Origin: Chiloscyllium plagiosum
Lineage: Eukaryota
DNA: 64,000 nt
NCBI RefSeq assembly: GCF_004010195.1
Contig: NC_057752.1
Span: forward strand, 15,017,585 to 15,081,584
Direction of reading: 5' to 3'
Below are positions 23,826-36,030 of this stretch, one piece after another. The position numbers were made by a program, and so were the translations under genes. Within the stretch, counting starts at the first letter, position 1. Every line of letters begins with the position of its first letter. Below the pieces are notes generated by a model. It saw nothing but the letters and a program-made list of their open reading frames with translations. It was not told where the DNA came from and searched no databases.

Positions 23826-26602
23826 TATATATAGAACATAGAACAATACAGTGCAGACAGGCCCTTCAGCCCTCGTTGTTGCACCAACCTGTGAACTATT
23901 CTCAGCTTGTCCCCCTACATTATCCCAAAATCATCCATGTGCTTATCAAAGGATTGTTTAAATCTCCCTAATGTGGCTGAGTTGACTACCTTAGCAGGTA
24001 GGGCATCCCACGCCCTTACCACTCTCTGCGTAAAGAACTTGCCTCTGACATCAGTCTTAAATCTATCACCCCTCAATTTGTAGCTATGCCCCCTCGTACA
24101 AGCTGACGTCATCATCCTAGGAAAAAGTCTTTCACTGTCTACCCTATCTAATCCTCTGATCATCTTGTATGTCACGACCAACTCCCCCCCTTAGCCTCCT
24201 TCTTTCCAATGAGAAAAAACCCAAATCTCTCAGCCTTTCCTCATAAGACCTTCCCTCCAGACCAGGCAACATCCTGGTAAATCTCCTCTGCATCTTTTCC
24301 GATGCTTCCACATCCTTTCTGTAATGGGGCAACCAGAACTGTACACGATATTCCAAGTGTGGTCACATCAGTGTTTTGTATAGTTGCAGCACGATATTGC
24401 GGTTCCGGAACTCAATCCCTCTACCAATGAAACCTAACACACCGTATGCCTTCTTAACAGCACTATCCATCTGGGTGGCAACTTCCAGGGATCTATGCAC
24501 ATGGACTCCAAGATCCCTCTGCACATCCACACTACCAAGAATCTTTACATTGACCAAGTACTCTGCCATCCTGTTATTCTTCCCAAAATGCATCACCTCA
24601 CATTTAGCTGCATTGAACTCCATTTGCCACCTTTCAGCCCAATTCTGCAGTTTATCCCAATACCCCTGCAACCTGTAACATTCTTCCAAATTGTCCACCA
24701 CTCCATCGACTTTAGTGTCGTCTGCAAACTTACTAATCCGTCCACCTATGCCTACGTGTAAGTCATTTATAAAAATGACAAACAGCAGTGGTCCCAAAAC
24801 ACCACTTGTAACTGGACTCCAGACTGAATATTTTCCATCAACCACCACTCGCTGCCTCTTCTAGAAAGCCAGTTTCTAATCCAAACTTATCACCCTCAAT
24901 CCCATGCCTCTGCATTTCTCCAACAGCCTACCATGTGGAACCTTATCAAAGGCTTTACTGAAGTCCACGCCAACTGCCCTACCCTCATCTACATGCTTGG
25001 TCACCTTCTCAAAAAACTCAGAGGTTTGTGAAATAGGACCTGCCCTTGACAAAACCATGTTGACTATCTGAAATCAAATTGTTGCTTGCTAGATGATTAA
25101 AAATCTTATCTCTTATAATCCTTTCCAAAACCTTTCTGATAACAGAAGTAAGGCTCACTGGTCTATAATTACCCAAGTCATCTCTGCTGCCCTTATTGAA
25201 AAAGGGCACAACCTTTACAATCCTCCAGTCCTCAGGTATTAAACCCGTAGACAATGACGACTCAAATATCAAAGCCAAAGGCTCTGCTATCTCCTCCCTA
25301 GCTTCCCAGAGAATCCTCAGATAAATCCCATCTGGCCCAGGGGACTTGCCTACTTTCACTCCTTCTAGAATTGATAACACCTGTGCGTAACTAACCTCGA
25401 TTCTTTCTAGTTAATATCTTGTATCTCATTCTTCTCCTCTACAATATTCTTCTTTTCCTGAGTGCACACTGATGAGAAATGTTCACTTAGCACCTCTCCG
25501 ATCTCTACAGGGTTCACACTCAACTTCCTACTCCTGTCTTTGACTGGCCCTATTCCGACCCTAATCATCCTTTTATTCCTCATCTTTTATTCTACTTGCT
25601 AAAGACTGCTCGTGTCCTCTCTTTGCTCTTCTTAACTCTCTCTTTAAATCCTTCCGATCTGATCTGTAACTCTCCATCGCCTCACCTGTACCATCTTGCC
25701 TCATCAACACATAAGCGTCTTTCTTCTTCTTAACAAGAGATGCAATTTCTGTAGAAACCATGGTTCCCTTACCTTATCACTTCCTGCCTGCCTGACAAGG
25801 ACATATATATCAAGGAACATGCAATATCAAGGAACATGCAATATCTGTTCCTTCACCCAGCTCCACATTTCGATTGTCTGCTTCCCCTGCATTTTGCTAC
25901 CCCATTCTATGGATCCTAATTCTTGCCTAATCGCATTATAATTGCCCTTGCCCCATCGATAACTCTTGACCTGTGGCATGTACTGATCCCTTTCCATCGC
26001 TCAACTAATCGTAACTGAATTATAGTCACTCTCTCCAAAGTGCTCACCTACAACTAAATCAAACACCTGGTCTGGTTCATTACCAAGCACCAGATCCAGT
26101 GTGGCCTCCCCTCTTGTCAGCCCTTCGACATACTGTGTCAGGAAACCCTCCTGTACACATTGGACAAAAACTAATCCATCCGACATACCAGAGCTATAAC
26201 ATTTCCAATCAATGTTGGGGAAGTTAAAGTCCCCCATAATGACCACACTGTTCCTTGGAAACAGTAGAGACAGTTGACACTGCCAGTCCCCGAGGCGGCC
26301 AGGTCTGTCAATCAAAAGTTGGCGTGGAGGCAGAGCTGAAGAGTCGGACATCGCACAGAGCCGTGGTAATAGGGGACTCCATAGTGAGAGGAACAGACCG
26401 GGGTTTTTGTGGCAGCAGGCGGGACTTAAAGATGGTGTGTTGCCTTCCTGGTGCCAGGGTTAAAGACATCACAGACAGAGTGCAGGAAATCCTCAAGGAC
26501 GAAGGTGAAGAACCTGAGGTGGCGGTACATGTCGGAAAAAATGATGTCGGGAAGAAGAGGAGGAACATACTACAGCGGGACTTCGGAGAACTAGGAAGAA
26601 GG

Positions 26603-26603
<1 letters not shown>

Positions 26604-26649
<46 letters not shown>
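26604..26649. repeat. G46 homopolymer
   Basis: 46 consecutive G inside CR1 ORF1. Confidence 0.95.
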
Positions 26650-26650
<1 letters not shown>

Positions 26651-28261
26651 GGGGAGGGGACAAACTGGATGTTTAAGAAGGAAATTGAAGGGAAAGTTGG
26701 AACAAGGGAAGTCAAGAAAGACAACTGTATCAATGAGGCAGAAAACTCAAAAAGGGATCATGCTGTAAGATTGAGTGAAATAGGAGTGGATGGGAAGGGT
26801 GAGGACAGTAACAAATTAAAAATACGATACATGAATGCATGAAGCATTAGAAATAAGATGGATGAGCTTGAGGCTCTTTTGGAAATTGGCAGATACGATA
26901 TTGTGGGGATAACTGAGACGTGGCTTCAAGTGGACAGGGCCTGGGAAATTATTATTCAAGGCTACACGTGCTATCGTAAGGACAGACTGACAGGCAGAGG
27001 GGGTGGGGTGGCCATGTTGGTAAGGGATGATATTCAGTCCCTTGCGCAGGGGGACCTAGAATCAGGGGATGTAGAGTCAGTGTGGATAGAGCTGAGAAAT
27101 TCTAAGGGTAAAAAGACCCTCTTGGGAGTTATCTACAGGTCCCCAAATAGTAGTCTCGATGTCGCATGTAAGTTGAATCAGGAGCTGAAATTGGCCTGTC
27201 GCAAAGATGTCACTACAGTTGTTATGGGGGATTTCAACATGCAGGTCGCCTGGGAGAATCAGGATGGTATTGGACCTCAAGAAAGAGACTTTGTGGAGTG
27301 CCTCAGAGATGGATTCTTAGAGCAGCTGGTGCTGGAGCCTACCAGGGAGAAGGCAATTCTGGATCTGGTATTGTGCAACGAACCAGAATTGATCAGGGAC
27401 CTCAAAGTGAAAGAGCCATTGGGACGTAGTGACCATAATACAATAAGCTTCAATCTGTAATTTGAGAGAGAGAGGGTACAATCAGAAGTGACAATATTTA
27501 CATTGAATAAAGGGAACTATGGAGCTATGAGGGAGGAGTTGGCCATAGTTCAATGGTGCAATACCTTAGCAGGGATGACAGTGGAGGAACAAGGGCGGAT
27601 ATTTCTGTGTATAATGCAGAAGATGCAGGATCAGTTCATTCCAAACAGGAAGAAAGATCCTAGGAGGCAGCATGGGTGGCCATGGCTGACGAGGGAAGTT
27701 AAGAAACATATAAAGTTAAAAGAGAAAAAGTATAACATAGCAAAGATAAGTGGGAAAACGGAGGACTGGGAAGCTTTTAAAGAACAACAGAGGATTACTA
27801 AGAAGGAAATATGCAGAGAGAAAAATGAGGTACGAAGGTAAACTAGCCAAAAATATAAAGGAGGATAGTAAAAGATTTTTTAGGTATGTGAAAGGCAAAA
27901 AAATGGTTAAAACTAAAATTGGGCCCTTGAAGACAGAAAATGGGGAATATATTATGGGGAACAAAGAAATGGCAGAAGAGTTGAATTGGTACTTCAGATC
28001 TGTGTTCACTGGGGAAGACACAAGCAAACTCCTTGAGGTAACAGTGACTGAAGGACCTGAACTTAAGGGAATTTATATTTGCCAGGAATTAGTGTTGGAG
28101 AGACTGTTAGGCTTGAAGGTTGATAAGTCCCCGGGGCCTGATGGTCTACAACGCGGGTACTGAAGGAGGTGGCTCGAGAAATCGTGGATGCGTTGGTGAT
28201 TATTTTCCAGAGTTCAATAGATTCCGGACCAGTTCCTGTGGATTGGAGGGTGGCTAATGTT

Positions 28262-28911
28262 NNNNNNNNNNNNNNNNNNNNNNNNNNNNNNNNNNNNNNN
28301 NNNNNNNNNNNNNNNNNNNNNNNNNNNNNNNNNNNNNNNNNNNNNNNNNNNNNNNNNNNNNNNNNNNNNNNNNNNNNNNNNNNNNNNNNNNNNNNNNNNN
28401 NNNNNNNNNNNNNNNNNNNNNNNNNNNNNNNNNNNNNNNNNNNNNNNNNNNNNNNNNNNNNNNNNNNNNNNNNNNNNNNNNNNNNNNNNNNNNNNNNNNN
28501 NNNNNNNNNNNNNNNNNNNNNNNNNNNNNNNNNNNNNNNNNNNNNNNNNNNNNNNNNNNNNNNNNNNNNNNNNNNNNNNNNNNNNNNNNNNNNNNNNNNN
28601 NNNNNNNNNNNNNNNNNNNNNNNNNNNNNNNNNNNNNNNNNNNNNNNNNNNNNNNNNNNNNNNNNNNNNNNNNNNNNNNNNNNNNNNNNNNNNNNNNNNN
28701 NNNNNNNNNNNNNNNNNNNNNNNNNNNNNNNNNNNNNNNNNNNNNNNNNNNNNNNNNNNNNNNNNNNNNNNNNNNNNNNNNNNNNNNNNNNNNNNNNNNN
28801 NNNNNNNNNNNNNNNNNNNNNNNNNNNNNNNNNNNNNNNNNNNNNNNNNNNNNNNNNNNNNNNNNNNNNNNNNNNNNNNNNNNNNNNNNNNNNNNNNNNN
28901 NNNNNNNNNNN
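28262..28911. other. Assembly gap (650 N); smaller gaps at 16970-16984 and 41379-41391
   Basis: Runs of N. Confidence 1.
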
Positions 28912-31459
28912 GGGATCTGATTGAGACATATAAGATTATTAAAGGATTGGACACTCTGGAGGCAGGAAACGTGTTTCCGCTGATGGGTGAGTGCCGAAAC
29001 AGAGGACACAGCTTAAAAATACGGGGTAGACCATTTAGGACAGAGATGAGGAGAAACGTCTTCACCCAGAGAGTGGTGGCTGTGTGGAATGCTCTGCCCC
29101 AGAGGGCAGTGGAGGCCCAGTCTCTGGATTAATTTAAGAAAGAGTTGGATAGAACTCTCAAGAATAGTGGAATCAAGTGTTATGGAGATAAGGCAGGAAC
29201 AGGATACTGATTAAGGATGATCAGCCATGATCATATTGAATGGTGGTGCAGGCTCGAAGGGCAGAATGGCCTACTCCTGCACCTGTTGTCTATTGTCTTT
29301 CACTCCTATCCAGGATAATGTTGCTAATCCTCTCTTCCACCTCTCTGGAACTTTGCGGAGGCCTATAGAAAACTCCAAGAAGTGTTACCTCTCCTCTCCT
29401 ATTTCTAACCTCAGCCCACACTACCTCAGTAGATGAGTCCTCACCAAAAGTTCTCTCAGCCACCGTTATACTATCTTTGACTAACAAGGCCACGCCTCCC
29501 CCTCTTTTACCGCCTTGCCTGTTTTTAATAAAAGATCTAAACCCTGGAACCTGCACCATCCATTCCTCACCCTGCTCTGTCCATGTCTCCAAAATGGCCA
29601 CAACATCGAAGTCCCAGGTACCTGTGCTGCAAGCTCACCAACCTTATTTCAGATACTTCTGGCATTTGAAGGAGACACACTTCAAACCAGCTTGCTGCCT
29701 GCCAGCACATTCCTGTGACCCTGAAATCCTGTCCCTGTCCTTCCTACTCTCATCCTCCTGTGCACTGCAGCTACACCTCCAGTTCCCATCCCCCTGCTGA
29801 GCTAGTTTAAACCCATCCAAATAGCACCAGCAAATTTCCCACGCAGGATATTAGTACCCCTCTGGTTCAAGTGAAGACCATCCTGTTTGTACAAGTCCCA
29901 CCTTCCCCAGAATGACCCCCAATTATCCAAAAACCTGAAACCTTCCCACTGCACCATCCTTGCAGCCACGTGTTTAGCTGATATCTCTCCCTATTCCTTG
30001 CCTTGCTATCATATGGCACGGGTAACAATCCAGAGGTAACAACTCTGCTTGTTCTAGCTCTCAGCTTCCACCCTAGCTCCCTGAAATCCTACCCTCTTTC
30101 TACCTATGGCATTGGTGCCTACGTGGACAACAACTTGAGGCTGGTCACCCTCTCCCTCAGGACCCCAAAGATACGATCCGAGATATCACGGACCCTGGAA
30201 CCTGGGAGGCAACACATCAACCGCGAGTCTCGTTTGTTCCTTACAAGCCTTCTATTTGAGTCTCTAACTATCGAGTCCCCAATGCCTAACACTCTCTTCC
30301 TTTCCCTCCTTCCCTTCTGGGCAACAGGGACAGGCTCTGTGCCAGAGACCTAGGCCCCACTGCTTTCCCCTGGTAAGTCATCCCCCTCAACAGTATCCAA
30401 AACGGTATACATGTTTTTCAGGGGAACGACCACAGGGGATCCCTCCACTGACTGTTTTTCCCCCTTTCAAACAGTCACCCAGCTTTCTTCTTGCCGAGGA
30501 GTAACTACTTCCCTGTAACTCCTATCTATCACAGCCTCTGCCTCCTGAATGATCCGAAGTTCATTCAGCTCCCGCTCCAGTTCCCTAACACGGTCTTGGA
30601 GGAGCAAAAGTTGGGTGCACTTCCTGCAGATGTACTTGGATGAGACACTATTGGTGTCCCTGACCTCAAACAACAGGAAGAACATTACTCTCCCTGTACT
30701 GCCATCCCTGCTAGTCCCCTAGTCACAAAGTAAAAAAGAGACACTTACCTGATATGTCCCTGATCTTTAAGCATATAGCTCAATGTCAGAAACAAGTCAG
30801 CCAGGTTCCTGATGTAACAAATAAAGAGCCTGTTTTACTGAAAAAATGTAAAGATTATTAACAAAAGCTTTAAACTATGCAAATAGATACGTCTTAGAAA
30901 CCAATGCACGTACACAACCTCCAAGACTTGGGGGAGAAAAATATTAAAATGCTGCAGTATTTTCTCATAAGCTTACCTTGTATATATTTTATTATCTTTG
31001 GCTAAGTATGAGTTAAATTCAGAAAAAAAACCACTTAGTCACTGACTGTCCACATGTAACCAATGTCACTTTGCACAAAAGCTGTTGGCAGTGGGATTTC
31101 TCTTGGGATCTGATGTGGCTGGCTGAATCTGTTGTTATTTAAATAGAGTGTTACAGTTCCCCAATTCTCCTTTTAAAAACTCTCAGATTGCAGCAGTGAA
31201 GGCTGTGAAAGCAGTGTAGGAGCCCTCCATTTTTGGTGATATGGTCTTCCAACTTTGAGAGCTTTACAACTCTCAAACTTCAACATGAGGATTTTCAATG
31301 AAAAGTGGGGGGAGTGGAGGGAGCTGTTGTTATAGACAAGCTATCTTCTCGGACTCTGTTCAAATCCTCTCTGAAGATGTTCAGCTTGACATCTCTGTCC
31401 AGGCAGATTGGTTCTTGCAAATGCAATATGAAGATATATCCAGTCAATTTCATTGTCCA

Positions 31460-32330
31460 ACCATAAGCACTTTGTAAAACAAAATATGACATAGGCACAT
31501 AAAGAGATATTAGGTCAAAGAGGTAGCTTCTAAGTAATGTCTTAAAGGAAGAAAGTGAGGCCGAGGTAGGGAAAGGGAATTCAGTGCTTGGGACCTCAGC
31601 AACTGCATGCCCAGCCATGGATAGTGGCACAATTAAAATTGAGATGCTAACAGGCCAAAGTGAAAGGAACCCTAAAAACTAAGAGTTGTTGGTCTGGGGG
31701 AGATTGCTGAGTTGAGGAGAGTCTTGAAGACAAGGTTAAGAATTTTTAAATCAAAACATGCTTGACCAGGAGCAAGTATAGGTCAGTGAGCTCATGTGAG
31801 ACATGAAAGTTGAGACATGGCCAGCAGAGTTCTGAATGACCTAGGTTTACGGAGGGTGGAATGTGAGAGACCAGCCAAGAGTATATTAGAATAACTGAGT
31901 CTGGAAATAACAAAGGCGCAAATGGGAGTTCAGCAGGTGAACTGAGACAGGGTAAAGTCTGGAAACGTTATGGAGGTGGCAATGGGTTTTCTTAGTGATG
32001 GCATGTTTTGTGTGGTCCAAAGCACATCAGCCAGCAAGGAGATGAATGGAATCATTAGTTTGGAGGTAGAGACTGTCTGACAATTTTGCAGTGGAGGGGT
32101 TGAGAGAGGGGTGGTGATGAGGTGATGCAGAGTGCCACCTGCATACATGCGAAAATTAAATCAGATGATGTTACCAAGGCACAGCATCTAGATGAGAAAC
32201 AGGAGGGGTACAAGAGGTAACTGTTCAGGGACAGGTAAAGAAGCCATTGATTTTGAATCTCTGGCCATGCTTCGGAAGATGAGTTGCTAAAAGAAGTGAG
32301 CAGAAGGGCTTGCCATAATCTCCCAATCAT
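31460..32330 (-). mobile_element. Old L2 LINE 3' fragments
   Basis: SASLSSFKTLLRSYLFD C-terminal motif; purine-rich plus strand typical of L2 antisense. Confidence 0.6.
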
Positions 32331-33651
32331 CCTTCAATATGAAGAATAGCAAATGTGACATTTTTTTTTTCAAGCAAGGATGTAAGGGTTTTCCGAGTAA
32401 CTACAGGCCAGTCAATTTAACATCAGTGGTGTGCAAAATTTTAGAAATAATAATTGGGGGAAAAATAAGCAGGCATTTGGGATGGCTTGAGTTATTTAAG
32501 GAGAACTGGCTTGGATTGATAAAAGGGAGAGGGTAAACAAAATTGGAAATTACTGGAAAAACTTAGCTGGTCTGAGAAAGCAGAGTTAATGTTTTGGGTC
32601 CAGTGGCCCTTCAAAACTGATTGGAAAAGGTTGCTGAAGATGGGGTGGGAGAGGGCTAAGGTGGAGATGGAGCCAGAGAGAGAGAGACACAAACAGTTTG
32701 GCAGCCAAAGGAATGGGAAATTGTGTTTGATTGACCAAGAATGTTGATGAAGGGAATGCAATAGTTTTTTTTTTTCTATATAGATTTTTAAGAAAGTGTT
32801 TTAGAAGGTACCTTCATAAAAGGCTGGTTAACAAAGTTGATGTTCATGAAATACCAGTATCCAAGGGTTAGAAAAATTGGTCCAATTCAGGGAATCATGG
32901 TAACTGGAGGATAGTAGCCAGTGGAGTTTCCCAAGGGTCAGTGCTAGGCCACTGCTTTGTTTATTTATAGATATATATGGCTTGCATTAATAAATATTAA
33001 GTAAAATTTCAAAATTTGCCGATGGTGCTAAACATAGACGTGTGACAAATGGTGAAAACACAGGTTAGCAAAGTGGACGTGAGTGTTAGGTGATACGTTA
33101 TTGCAGAAGGGATGGGGAACGGCACAGTTCTAAAGTGTGTGCAGTGACAGAGAGACCTGGGGGGTACACATGCAGATATTTTTGAAGGTGACAGCAAATG
33201 GGACCTTGAGCTTCACAAATAGAGGTATCAAGTACAAAAGCAGGAAGTGATACTGAACCATTATAAAGCTCTGGTTAGATCCCAACTCATGTATTTTGTC
33301 CAGTTGTGCGCACCACACCTTAGGAAGACTGTGAGGGCCATTGAAAGGATGTAGAGTTGATTTACCAAAATGGTTCCAGGAATCAGGATTTCATCTCCAA
33401 AGTTAGCTTGGAGAAGTTGAGGTTGGAGATTAGATAGAAGTGTACACATTGATGGTAGGCTTAAATGGTAGGTTGGTTGTCCCAGTGAATGTATTTCTTT
33501 GTCCCTCAACTCTACTTTTTGTCCCCCATCCAGCCTCTTCCAATCTGCATCTATGTAAAAACAATGACTGCAGATGCTGGAAACCAGATTGTAGATTAGA
33601 GTGGTGCTGGAAAAGCACAGCAGTTCAGGCAGCATCCGAGGAGCAACAAAA

Positions 33652-33683
33652 TCGACGTTTCGGGCAAAAGCCCTTCATCAGGA
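33652..33683 (-). ncRNA. Minimal hammerhead ribozyme motif, intact core (mirror copy)
   Basis: Reverse complement of tcgacgtttcgggcaaaagcccttcatcagga. Confidence 0.8.
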
Positions 33684-33692
33684 ATACTGTAT

Positions 33693-33724
33693 TCCTGATG
33701 AAGGGCTTTTGCCCGAAACGTCGA
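33693..33724 (+). ncRNA. Minimal hammerhead ribozyme motif, intact core
   Basis: TC-CTGATGA-a-gggc(tttt)gccc-GAAAC-GTC-GA. Confidence 0.8.
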
Positions 33725-34030
33725 TTTATTTGCTCCTCGGATGCTGCCTGAACTGCTGTGCTTTTCCAGGACCACTCTAATCTACAATCTGCATCTATGG
33801 CTGTTCCAATGCTCTGCATCATTTCAGCAGTTTCCAGTTTCCTGGCACCAGTTGTCCCCTTGCAGCTGCATATTTAATCTCTCCTAACCTCCATCTTTAT
33901 TTTTGATTCTTCCTTGAACAGAGGCCTGACCTGCCCTGTCCACTGCCACTCTCTCTCTGCTGGCTGAAATTGCTTTCATGATGAGCAACTTCACCTTTAA
34001 CTTGTTGCACTTTCTTCGAGCAAAAGGTGT

Positions 34031-34350
34031 TAGATGAGATTAGATTAGATTACTTAGTGTGGAAACAGGCCCTTCGGCCCAACAAGTCCACACCGCCCCG
34101 CCGAAGCGCAACCCACCCATACCCCTACATTTACCCCTTACCTAATACTACAGGCAATTTAGCATGGCCAATTCACCTAACCTGCACATCTTTGGACTGT
34201 GGGAGGAAACCAGAGCACCCGGAGGAAACCCACGCAGACATGGGGAGAACGTGCAAACTCCACACAGTCAGTCGCCTGAGGCGGAAATTGAACCCGGGTC
34301 TCTGGCGCTGTGAGGCAGCAGTGCTGACCACTGTGCCACCATGCTGCCCC
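34031..34350 (-). mobile_element. HE1-type SINE, full length
   Basis: A box tggcacagtgg, B box ggttcaatttcc, (TAATC)n tail; highly similar to 58781-59116. Confidence 0.92.
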
Positions 34351-34374
34351 TAACATTCCTTGTTCAGCTTCATA

Positions 34375-34885
34375 AGACTTTGGCGAGGCCACTCTTAGAG
34401 TATTGCATTTAATTCTGGTTGCGACATTACAAGAGGGATGTGGAGGCTTTGGAGAGAGTGCAGTAGATGTTTACTAGGATGCTGCCTGATTAGAGGGTAT
34501 GAGCTATAAGGAGAGGCTAGAAAAACTTGGGTTGTTTTCTTTGGAGCTGCAGAGGCTGAAGGGAGACTTGATAGAAGTCTATAAAGTCATGAGATACATA
34601 GATAGGGTTGTCGGTCAGAATTGTTTTTCTCCCAAGCGTTGCAATGTCTAATACTAGCATTTAAGGTGAGAGGGGGAAAGTTCAAAGGAGACGTTTGGGT
34701 CAACTATTTTGCACAGAGTGATAGGAATCTGGAACGTGTCGCTGGTGGTGGTGATGGAGGCAGATATGATCGGGGTATTTAGGGGACTTTTAGATAAGCA
34801 CATGAATATGCAAGGGATGCAGGGATATGGACCAAAGGCAGTCAAAAGGGATTAATTTGGTGTCATGTTCAGCACAACATCATGT
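34375..34885 (+). mobile_element. CR1 3' fragment
   Basis: KTLARPLLEYCI*FWLRHYKRDVEALERVQ. Confidence 0.85.
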
Positions 34886-35129
34886 GTTTCAGTCTTATTG
34901 AGGCTATTCCTTCAACACTCTTTTTTTTTGGCACATTGATTGTACGTTGTCCCTTTGCTCTTTCGCCATGAACAGGAAAGTTTTATTAATCTTGTTTCCA
35001 ATTTCCATCATTCTCTCCAATTGTCCTGGTCTTCATCGGTCTCCATTTTTGAAGACGTTATCAACTAATATTCACAACAAGCCCACACACTTCCAAAAGC
35101 TACATTGACTACACCACCTCAGTTCCCAG

Positions 35130-36030
35130 TGGATGACAGTGGAGCGGTGTTGGAAGAGGATGGTGTAATCACCATGTCAAAAGCTGCAAACAGGTCAAAG
35201 AGGAAAAGGAGAGACAGTTTGCACGTGGACTGCAGCAGTTCAAGAAAGCAGCCACACTACCTTCTCAAGGCAAATAGGTATGGGCAATAAGTGCTCACCA
35301 GTCAGCAATGCCCACGTACCAGACATGAATAAAAAGAAGTTTACCTTTGTCGCAGTAACACAGGATTTCAATTGTGACCTTGATAGGAGCTCTTATGAGA
35401 CTGTGGCAGGACAGAAACCTGATGGGAGGGATTCAGACATGGAGTTCTGGGAAAGATGGGAACAGATTTGAGAGGCGACAACACGTTCAAGGACTTTGGA
35501 GAGGAAATTGTGGTTAGAGACAGAACAGTAGTTTGCAAGAATGGTGGGCTTGAGGAGGTATGATCACGGCAGATTTGAGGGACAGATGGATAGAGCTGCA
35601 GGGAAAACTATTAACAATATCAGGTAACAAGGGAATCAGGAAGGAAGTTTAGTGGGAATAGGGTTGAAGGAACATGACGTAAAATGCATGGTCAAGATGA
35701 ACTTGGTGCAAGGGGGGCTAAGAGAGAAGCCAGAGAAAATTAAGAATTCAGGGAGAGGGCAAGGAGGAGCTTTAAAAGAAGTTTGGTTAGGTGAGCTTGT
35801 GGAAAAGAGGTATGCAGTTGAGTTAGCTAGTCAGATAGGTTTGAGTAGCAAAGTGCGTGAACTCCATGCATTTGTTGTTGGAGGTGAGGGAGGAGAAAAC
35901 GGGGAAGGGAAGTTTAAGAAGACAGTTTGCAATGGAAAAAGGAAGTCAGAGCAATCTTTGTATTTGGGGTGATCTTTGAACAGTGAGCGGTTTGAGATGA
36001 GAAGAGCTGGATCCAATAGTGCTTTATGTG
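35130..36030 (-). mobile_element. Old L2 fragments, with a LINE/SINE 3' tail at 35230-35335
   Basis: Reverse complement of atggtgtaatcaccatgtcaaaagctgcaaacaggtc reads DLFAAFDMVITP (DLSAAFDTVDH-like RT motif). Confidence 0.55.

Larger units (their letters stand above)
26257..29296 (+). mobile_element. Nested CR1 LINE (ORF1 esterase, APE endonuclease, RT partly in gap, 3' end)
   Basis: VVIGDSIVRG...VHVGKND; YMNA*SIRNKMDEL...GITETWL...MGDFN...GRSDHN; tail gttgtctattgt; 3-nt ctt overlap at the junctions. Confidence 0.92.
23830..30715 (-). mobile_element. Near full-length CR1/HER1 LINE (ORF1 Zn-finger/esterase + ORF2), split by a nested CR1
   Basis: ORF1 YICRKCTQLLLLQDRVRELERE; EN ...ISNIILDRSER joins NSVVIMGDFNFP across 26257-29296; RT SKFADDTK; (TAGAACA)n tail. 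Confidence 0.92.
33556..33790. mobile_element. Palindromic PLE pLTR insertion with two intact hammerhead cores
   Basis: 102-bp arms 33586-33687 and 33689-33790; 15-bp TSD CAATCTGCATCTATG at 33541-33555 and 33785-33799. Confidence 0.93.

Noticed and set aside
25808..25845. 17-bp tandem duplication (tatcaaggaacatgcaa)
   Set aside because: Ordinary local duplication that frameshifts a dead CR1.
26255..26842. Poly-Gly/poly-Pro protein
   Set aside because: Produced by the G46 run within CR1 ORF1.
28063..29132. Long ORFs of 250-290 aa
   Set aside because: Artefacts of the 650-N gap; the flanks are CR1 ORF2.
33556..33790. Palindromic elements as MITEs, pre-miRNAs or CRISPR repeats
   Set aside because: The asymmetric tail, variable 11-15 bp TSDs, variable centres and homology to a PLE pLTR indicate retroposition. 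There is no repeat-spacer array.
34031..34350. tRNA genes at A/B-box sites (also 12808, 14901, 52603, 58781)
   Set aside because: These are SINE heads followed by the HE1 body and tail; no complete cloverleaf.
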